A stretch of DNA of 31,339 nucleotides from a virus. Positions 25,133 through 31,339 of the stretch are shown one piece after another. The stretch covers positions 1 to 31,339 of IMG/VR virus record IMGVR_UViG_3300045988_041366, one strand, 5' to 3'. Every line of letters starts with the position of its first letter. Positions within the stretch are counted from its first letter, which is position 1. A program made the position numbers and the translations under genes. The notes below the pieces were generated by a model. That model was not told the DNA's origin. It was given only the letters and a program-made list of their open reading frames with translations, and ran no database searches.

Positions 25133-25723
25133 ATGAAGTATACTAAAATTCCGAGTGATACCTTTCAGAAGCTTCAGCTCAACGCGGCGATTATTGCCAA
25201 AAGTTTTACTCCTTCGACTGGCACGCTTGAAGCGGAAGACCAGATAGGCGCGACAACCGGCGGTATATCTTTTAACGCTGCTCCGACTTATTCGGATTTT
25301 GGCGAAGATATTGACAACTGCCCGAAGAACATGAAGGAGCTTAAAAAGCTCGATTCTTGGGAAGTTACAGCAAGCGGTACTTTCGTCACCGTTGACACTG
25401 CTACAGCAAAGTCGCTTATAGGCGCGGCTGATGTCGGCAGCCCTGACACGACAAAGGTAACACCGCGCAACGATGTCCTCGATGCTGACTTCTCCGACAT
25501 ATGGATTGTTGGCGACTATTCCGATAAGAACGGCGCAACAAACGGCGGATACATCGCGATCCACCTGATGAACGCTCTTTCGACTGGCGGCTTCCAGCTT
25601 CAGACCTCCGACAAGGCAAAGGGACAGTTTGCGTTTACCTACACGGCGCACTATTCAATGGCTGCGCAGGACACCGTGCCGTTTGAGGTATATATCAAAG
25701 CCGGAACAGCGGAAAGCGTCTAA
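25133..25723 (+). CDS. Major tail protein
   Basis: It lies immediately upstream of the chaperone pair and tape measure gene. 196 aa. Confidence 0.6.
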   Translation: MKYTKIPSDTFQKLQLNAAIIAKSFTPSTGTLEAEDQIGATTGGISFNAAPTYSDFGEDIDNCPKNMKELKKLDSWEVTASGTFVTVDTATAKSLIGAADVGSPDTTKVTPRNDVLDADFSDIWIVGDYSDKNGATNGGYIAIHLMNALSTGGFQLQTSDKAKGQFAFTYTAHYSMAAQDTVPFEVYIKAGTAESV

Positions 25724-25753
25724 AAATCACTAAAAATCATATGGAGGCAAACT

Positions 25754-26101
25754 ATGGTATTTTTATTTGACTGTGACAACGACGAAATTCTGCTCCCGAG
25801 AGCCTATGAGCTTATTGATGACTCAAAGGCGTTTATCGAGCTAATGAGAAAAACAGAGGTCAAGGATAAGGAAGTAGACAGCAAGGCGGCACTCAAAATC
25901 GTGCTCGAAAATATGCTTAAAAAGCACCCCGCCGAAACAAGCGCGTTTCTCAAGCGTTTTTGGATTCTCGACAAAGGGGAAAAAGCACCTAATGCGCTCA
26001 AGACTATCATTACGCTTTTGACAAGCGAGGGTGCAAACGATTTTTTTACCTCTGTCGTGCCGTTCCTTGCGACATTTTCAAAGAATGTCTCTGCCGAATA
26101 A
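25754..26101 (+). CDS. Tail assembly chaperone (gpG-like)
   Basis: Called from position and acidic composition. It contains the slippery site near its 3' end. Confidence 0.65.
   Translation: MVFLFDCDNDEILLPRAYELIDDSKAFIELMRKTEVKDKEVDSKAALKIVLENMLKKHPAETSAFLKRFWILDKGEKAPNALKTIITLLTSEGANDFFTSVVPFLATFSKNVSAE
26041..26047 (+). promoter_or_regulatory. -1 programmed frameshift slippery heptamer T TTT TTT
   Basis: In the zero frame the sequence reads gaT TTT TTT acc. The -1 frame is open from 25993 to 26370, so it overlaps the gpG-like ORF by 108 nt. Confidence 0.6.
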
Positions 26102-26370
26102 ATTTAAGAAGTTTTAGGCTGTTTGGCTGGGGCTATGTGAAGGACTTTTGCATAGCCCTTTATAAAAAGAGAACGGAAGATGAAATATATAGGGTCTATG
26201 TGACGGACTGTCTACGAATGATAAGCGAGAACACAGCAAATCAAGTCGGCGGGAAATTCATACAGAAACGCTATTATGATATATTGAATCCTCCGCCCGT
26301 TGAAACAAGAACAGCCGAAGAAATCACTCAAGAAATCGCAGATAACTGCGGAATAGAGGTGATTAAGTGA
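26047..26370 (+). CDS. gpT-like -1 frame extension (made as a G-T fusion 25754..26047 + 26047..26370)
   Basis: The track ORF 26137..26370 has only a GTG start and no RBS, and its frame stays open upstream into the gpG-like gene. Confidence 0.55.
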   Translation, partial: YLCRAVPCDIFKECLCRINLRSFRLFGWGYVKDFCIALYKKRTEDEIYRVYVTDCLRMISENTANQVGGKFIQKRYYDILNPPPVETRTAEEITQEIADNCGIEVIK

Positions 26371-26889
26371 ATCTATTTGAAGTATTTATAAAAATTGGAG
26401 CGGACACTTCAGAATCCGACAAGGCAATAAAGGATACTGGCGCAAAAACAAAAGAGTTAGGCGAAAAGGTTAAAAGCGGTTTAAAAACCGTTGCCAAAGT
26501 ATCCGCCGCTACAATGGGCACAATGGCGGCAGGCGTGGCAAAGGTAGTTAAGGACGCAACAGCCGCTTATGCCGACTATGAGCAGCTTGTCGGAGGCGTT
26601 GAAACTCTTTTCAAGCAATCGTCTGATACCGTCCTGCAATATGCAGATAACGCATATAAGACCGCGGGACTTTCCGCCAATCAGTATATGGAAACGGTGA
26701 CGAGCTTCTCGGCTTCGCTTTTGCAGTCATTGGACGGCGATACAGCTAAAGCGGCAAAACAAGCCGACAAAGCTATTACTGATATGGCGGATAACGCGAA
26801 CAAGATGGGTACGGATATTCAGTCAATCCAGTATGCCTATCAAGGATTTGCAAAGCAGAACTTCACGATAAACTTAATGTCCGCCGCGT
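26367..26889 (+). CDS. Tape measure protein, exon 1
   Basis: The GTG start overlaps the previous stop, with RBS AGAGGTGA. The exon ends in the conserved ...IQYAYQGFAKQNFT... block, then reaches a stop created at the proposed splice site. Confidence 0.75.
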
Positions 26890-27404
26890 AAGCGATTGCG
26901 CGGTCGAGCGTGCGTGAACCTGTCAAGGGTGTGGGAGCAATCCCGCTAACGAGGAAACCTAAGTCAAATGATATGGCAATCTCGTGCTAAGCCTCTTTGA
27001 GGAAAGTGTAACGACTATCGGTTCGTCACCGAGTACCTCCGCTATTGACACGCGGGTGGGAAGCGCGCACCAACTCTATGAGTTGAAGAAATAGTCTGAT
27101 TCTACGGGAAACCGTGGAGCAATCGGTTAGATAACCTTAAACTGGGTAGACAAAAAAATATGCCTTTAGCGGCATAACACCATTGCTCAGTATAAACCTT
27201 GTGAAAACGGTGAAACTCTGACCGAGTAATGTCGAAGAAAACACCGTGGCAAGCCTTGTAATCAAGGAAGCTGTGACGGCTATCCCGAAAGGGAGTACGC
27301 TCAAGCGAGTGGAAGCGCAAGGCTCTGCGAAAGCAGATGAAGAGATAGCCTGAACTGTATGGAAACATACAGCAGCCGAAAGGCGGTCACAGAGTAGCGA
27401 CCTG
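26890..27404 (+). ncRNA. Group I self-splicing intron (IA2, T4 td-like core), ORF-less. The 3' boundary is uncertain (G27404 keeps the frame; the td-like end is G27418).
   Basis: P1: CCGCGU (26884-26889) pairs with GCGCGG (26898-26903) with a U.G at the junction. P4: CGAGG (26950-26954) pairs with UCUCG (26980-26984). P7: GACUAU (27013-27018) pairs with AUAGUC (27091-27096). P8: CAACUC-uau-GAGUUG (27071-27085). Several GAAA-capped hairpins lie downstream. Confidence 0.8.
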
Positions 27405-28837
27405 TGGCGAACATAATGTATGGTGGCACAAAAGAAGAAATGCAACGCCTTCTGTCCGATGCTGAAAAGCTAACGGGCAAGAAGTTTGACATTTCAAGCT
27501 ATTCTGACATTGTCGAAGCAATACACGCTGTTCAGACTGAAATGGGCATTACAGGAACTACCGCAAAAGAAGCGGAAAAGACCATACAAGGCTCACTCAG
27601 TTCTGCAAAATCAGCGTGGCAAAATCTGTTAGTCGGCATTGCAGACGATAATCAAGACTTCGGCAAACTGGTTGATAACTTCGTGGAATCGGTTGCAACG
27701 GCGGCGGGCAATATTCTGCCCCGCGTGGAGCAGTCTTTGACTGGCGTTGTGCAACTCGTTGACAAGCTTGCACCCGTGCTTATTGAAAAGATACCTGATG
27801 TTGTCAACACGGTTCTTCCCGGACTGCTTGATGCAGCGGCAAATCTTGTGAGCAGCGTTATAGATGCGCTTCCTGCGTTGATAAGCGGACTCCTCCCGAC
27901 GCTGTTATCTGCGTTGTCCGGCATCGCGTCAAAGCTAATGGAGGCGGCAACTCAGGCGGTTTTGGCACTTGCTCAAACCTTGTCGGACCCCGCAAGCCTT
28001 AACGCAATGATTGAATCCGCGCTTAACTTGGTGCTTGCGCTTGTACAAGGGTTAATGGACGCTATACCTCAGTTAATTGCCGCAGTTCCGCAGCTTGTAG
28101 GAGCTATCACGGCAACGATAATCACGGAGCTTCCTAACATCATGGCGGCAGCCGTTGAGATAATGGTTGCGTTAATCCACGGACTCATGGAAGCGTTACC
28201 CGAACTGATGGCGTATGTGCCTAATCTTATTATAGCGATTACAAACGGACTGTTAAACAACCTTGGTACACTGATAAGCGGCGGCGTTCAGCTCCTGCTG
28301 GCTATTGCACAGGGTATGATTCAGGCGATTCCCGATATGGTTGCAATGATACCACGAATTATCGCGTCAATCGTTGACACTTTCCGCTCCTACAACTGGA
28401 GCAGCATAGGAAAAAACATCGTAGCCGGAATGAAACAGGGTGTTGCAAATGCCTGGAAAAATTTCAGAGAATGGTTTAAAAACCTCTTCGGAGACCTCAC
28501 AAACATCGCTAAAAAGATACTGGGCATTGCTTCACCGTCAAAGGTGTTCAAAAAAATCGGTCAGTTCACGACCGAAGGACTGGCAATCGGTATCGAGCAG
28601 GGCGGCAAAGACGCATTTTCTGCAATAAAGGATGTGTCGCAGGGTGTTATCGACAATTACGGCGCGTCCGTTTCGTCGGGATTTGGAGTTTCAGTCGGGG
28701 CGTCAAAGGGCGTTTCTCTAACTCTTAATATCGACACATTCAACAATTACACGCAGGAAGATATAAAGAGCCTTGCAGAAAGGCTGTCAGAAATGCTCGC
28801 AAATGCGGCAGAGAGAAAGGCGGGTGCTTATGCTTAA
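27405..28837 (+). CDS. Tape measure protein, exon 2
   Basis: It resumes the conserved block ...YGGTKEEMQRLLSDAEKLTGKKFDISSYSDIVEAIHAVQTEMGITGTTAKEA, followed by a long helical Ala/Leu-rich region. There is no RBS and no ATG at its 5' end. Confidence 0.75.
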
Positions 28838-29534
28838 CGATTATTTTACATGGAACGGCAAGAAGTCCTCTGACTTCGGCATAATCATCAAGCACAAAGA
28901 AATATATAAAGCACCCGTCCGCGATGTCGATTTTGTCGAAGTGCCCGGAAGAGACGGAGAAGTGATATTAGACAACGGACGCTATAGAAATGTTGATGTC
29001 ACTTATCAAGTCCGCGTTAAAAATGTCAAGTCAAAGCTGTTAGAAATAGCTAACTGGCTTTCCGCTGTTGGATATCATAAGCTGATTGATAGCGACGATT
29101 CCACGCACTACAGAATGGCGGCGAGGACTGGCTCAGTTGATTGGGACTATCTCGGAAAAGGCGAATGGGCTGATTTGGAGATAGCTTTCAACTGCAAGCC
29201 GTTCAGAAACCTCACGACAGGCGACGCAAAAACAACCTTGACGGCGGAAGGAAGTATCACAAATCCGACGCAGTACACCGCCCTGCCGTATTTTAAAATT
29301 TACGGAAGCGGCAACTTCACGCTCAAAGTAAATAACAAATCATTTGCCTTTAAATCGATATCGAGTTACATCGAGTGCGATAGCAGCTTGCAGGCGGTAT
29401 TTACTGGCACGAGCAGCAAGGCAGACCGCGCAAATTTTGACGACTTTCCGACGCTTAAAGCAGGCGCGAACTCTATCAGCTGGACTGGAACGGTGACAAA
29501 AGTGGAAATCGTCCCGCACTGGCGCGAGTTATGA
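28830..29534 (+). CDS. Distal tail protein (Dit, Sipho_tail family)
   Basis: The ATG overlaps the tape measure stop (ATGCTTAA). MLNDYFTWNGKKSSDFGIIIKHKEIYKAPVRDVDFVEVPGRDGE is a typical Dit N-terminus. Confidence 0.75.
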   Translation: MLNDYFTWNGKKSSDFGIIIKHKEIYKAPVRDVDFVEVPGRDGEVILDNGRYRNVDVTYQVRVKNVKSKLLEIANWLSAVGYHKLIDSDDSTHYRMAARTGSVDWDYLGKGEWADLEIAFNCKPFRNLTTGDAKTTLTAEGSITNPTQYTALPYFKIYGSGNFTLKVNNKSFAFKSISSYIECDSSLQAVFTGTSSKADRANFDDFPTLKAGANSISWTGTVTKVEIVPHWREL

Positions 29535-29576
29535 TAATCAGCAAGTCTATTTATATATTATCTTAAAGGTGATAAA

Positions 29577-31339
29577 ATGACTCCAATACTCTTAAAAGCG
29601 GACGCAAAAACAAAAATAGGCTGGTTGTCGGAATGCACCGCGTGCGAAGTGACGGAGGAGCGCAATGGGGTGTATGAGCTTGAGCTTGTATACCCCATCG
29701 GCGCAACCCATGCCAACGACATTGTGACGGACTGTTACATTAAAGCAAAGCCGAATCAGACAAGCGAAAATCAGCTATTCCACATCTATAAAGTGTCAAA
29801 GCCTATCAACGGCGAGTTTACGGTTTATGCGGAGCATGTTAGTTATATTCTTTCTGGATATCCAGTGCCGACTGTTTCCGCATCGGGCAACGCGCAAGTT
29901 GCGATAAACGCAATATTGACCGCTGCAAAAAATCAGCTCGGAAAAGCAACGGGATTCACAGCGGCAACAACTGATATAATGCTTTCCTCGTCTATCAATC
30001 TTTCCAATGTTTCAGCTCGTGCGGCTCTCGGCGGCGTTGAAGGCTCTGTGCTTTACACCTACGGCGGCGAATATGAGTTCGACAATTACACAATCAAGCT
30101 CCATAAATCGCGCGGCAAAGATAACGGCGTGAGAATAGCCTACGGCAAGAATATGACGGAGCTGAAATGTGATGTTGATATGTCCGCGTCATACACCGGA
30201 ATATTCGGCTATGTCAAAACGGATGATATCAACCTCACAAGCTCTTATAATGTCACCAATACAAGCGGCATCTCAACGCGCATTCTTGCCCGTGATTTTT
30301 CTTCCGACTTTGGGTCAAATACGCCGACGCAAAGTTCGCTTGACGCAGCGGTACAGAAATATGCAGAGGACAACGATATCAATTCTATCAAAGCTTCTGT
30401 GACCGTTTCTTTTGTCAACCTTGCGCAGTCTCCCGAATACGCAAACATCGCGCCGCTTGAAGCCGTCAATCTTTGCGACACCGTCACAATCTATCACAAA
30501 GAACTCGGCGTAAACATCAAGTCAAAAGTAATAAAAACCGTCTACGATGCCATAGCCGAAAAATACACAAAGATAGAACTCGGCAGTGCTCGCACGGATA
30601 TGTCAAGCATTATATCGCAGACGGTCAAAGAGGCAACGGACGCGAAAAACATCGCTATTTCAAGCAAGTCGGAAATCACAGAGGCGTATCAAGAGGCAAT
30701 AGCGAACGCAACGGCGGCAATCACAGGCAACAGCGGCGGATATATCAGACTTAATCCATCCGAAAATCCGCAAGAGCTGCTGATTATGAACACTGCGGAC
30801 GCAAGCACAGCGACAAAAATATGGCGGTGGAATTTGTCGGGTCTTGGATATTCGTCCACAGGCTACAATGGCACATATAAAACCGCAATCACGCAGGACG
30901 GTCATATCGTAGCGGACTTCATTGATACGGGCACACTGACGGCTAACATTATAAAAGCCGGAATAATGCAGTCCGCAAACGGCGAATTTTCTTTTAACCT
31001 CGAATCCGGTCATATCGAAGCTTCTGACATTAACATCACTGGCGGCGACATAAACCTTGACGGTGGTCAGCTGTCAATAAAAAACAGCGGATTTAAGACC
31101 GACTTGTCAAGCGGATATTTGCAGATGTATTACACTACAAATATGCAAAGTGGCGCAAATTATGAGTACTTTGACGTTAACAATACGATGATTGGCACGA
31201 AGTTTTATGCGACGCTCGCAGCGCTGAAGCCTGCCGCCGCGCTTGGCGTTACATCAAACGGTTTCCGATTTGGCGAGAAAGCAGAAAACGCCACGCTTGT
31301 AAACCATTGGAACACCGATTATGCCGTGATAGAAAAAGA
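29577..31339 (+). CDS. Tail-associated protein (Tal / prophage-tail endopeptidase family). It runs off the window end and continues at 1..383, about 696 aa in total.
   Basis: RBS AAAGGTGA. MTPILLKADAKTKIGWLSECTACEVTEERNGVYELELVYP is a typical family N-terminus. The frame is open to the last base, and the ORF is absent from the track only because it lacks a stop in the window. Confidence 0.7.
   Translation, partial: MTPILLKADAKTKIGWLSECTACEVTEERNGVYELELVYPIGATHANDIVTDCYIKAKPNQTSENQLFHIYKVSKPINGEFTVYAEHVSYILSGYPVPTVSASGNAQVAINAILTAAKNQLGKATGFTAATTDIMLSSSINLSNVSARAALGGVEGSVLYTYGGEYEFDNYTIKLHKSRGKDNGVRIAYGKNMTELKCDVDMSASYTGIFGYVKTDDINLTSSYNVTNTSGISTRILARDFSSDFGSNTPTQSSLDAAVQKYAEDNDINSIKASVTVSFVNLAQSPEYANIAPLEAVNLCDTVTIYHKELGVNIKSKVIKTVYDAIAEKYTKIELGSARTDMSSIISQTVKEATDAKNIAISSKSEITEAYQEAIANATAAITGNSGGYIRLNPSENPQELLIMNTADASTATKIWRWNLSGLGYSSTGYNGTYKTAITQDGHIVADFIDTGTLTANIIKAGIMQSANGEFSFNLESGHIEASDINITGGDINLDGGQLSIKNSGFKTDLSSGYLQMYYTTNMQSGANYEYFDVNNTMIGTKFYATLAALKPAAALGVTSNGFRFGEKAENATLVNHWNTDYAVIEK
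31285..31339. repeat. 55-bp exact terminal direct repeat (copy 2)
   Basis: Identical to 1-55. Confidence 0.9.

Noticed and set aside
25115-25651. A 178-aa minus-strand ORF, along with similar antisense ORFs at 19092..19622, 23220..23819, 15200..15547, 20741..21211 and 13633..14037.
   Set aside because: Each lies fully inside a well-supported + strand gene. None has an RBS, and the products are low-complexity Arg/Ser/Cys-rich sequences typical of shadow ORFs. Every credible gene in the genome is on the + strand.
26909-26913. GTGCG near the start of the tape-measure interruption, which resembles a group II intron 5' consensus.
   Set aside because: It lies downstream of the in-frame stop. No domain V/VI-like hairpin or reverse-transcriptase ORF is present. 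The region instead shows group I P1, P4, P7 and P8 elements similar to T4 td.
27102-27445. Minus-strand ORFs of 88-102 aa inside the intron, as possible homing-endonuclease remnants.
   Set aside because: They contain no LAGLIDADG, GIY-YIG, HNH or His-Cys box motifs. They are on the wrong strand relative to all other genes and overlap strongly structured RNA hairpins.

Overview
The window is one complete siphovirus-type dsDNA phage genome. It is closed into a circle by a 55-bp assembly overlap (1-55 = 31285-31339), giving a unit length of 31,284 bp. Expression signals look like Firmicutes/Clostridia: GGAGG-type ribosome-binding sites (RBS), perfect sigmaA promoters, and SleB-like, XhlA-like and Amidase_3+SH3 wall-lysis genes. 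All of the roughly 60 credible genes are on the + strand. No integrase, repressor, tRNA, rRNA or CRISPR array was seen.

Gene order: tail-protein C-terminus (wraps the junction), a small ORF, an XhlA-like protein and a metallophosphoesterase (1-1588). A 365-bp ORF-free promoter/terminator array follows (1589-1953). Early cassettes come next (1954-4290): a secreted SleB-like hydrolase, three unknowns and a pentapeptide-repeat protein. Then recombination and replication genes (4543-9422): RHH, Sak3/DUF1071 annealing protein, NinB, HNH-like, SSB, wHTH, replisome organizer and a DnaC-like loader. Then nucleotide and DNA-modification genes (9486-13685): dUTPase, C5-methyltransferase, RusA, HTH, ParB-like and a Mom-like protein. 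Packaging and morphogenesis fill the rest (13742-31339).

Most notable observations: (1) a T4 td-like group I intron splits the tape measure gene (about 26890-27404/27418); (2) the C5 DNA methyltransferase has circularly permuted motif order (IV-X, then I-III); (3) a 42-bp remnant of a second dUTPase 3' end differs from the real one only at synonymous positions; (4) the Mom-family gene is split by a -1 shift at an A-run plus TGA; (5) a fibre + lysis cassette sits between the portal and MuF head genes; (6) terminator / phased-A-tract / consensus-promoter cassettes are reiterated and small promoter-to-terminator units lack ORFs; (7) a T7 slippery site gives a G/GT-type -1 frameshift in the tail chaperone. 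All family assignments come from reading motifs by eye and from memory; no searches were run.
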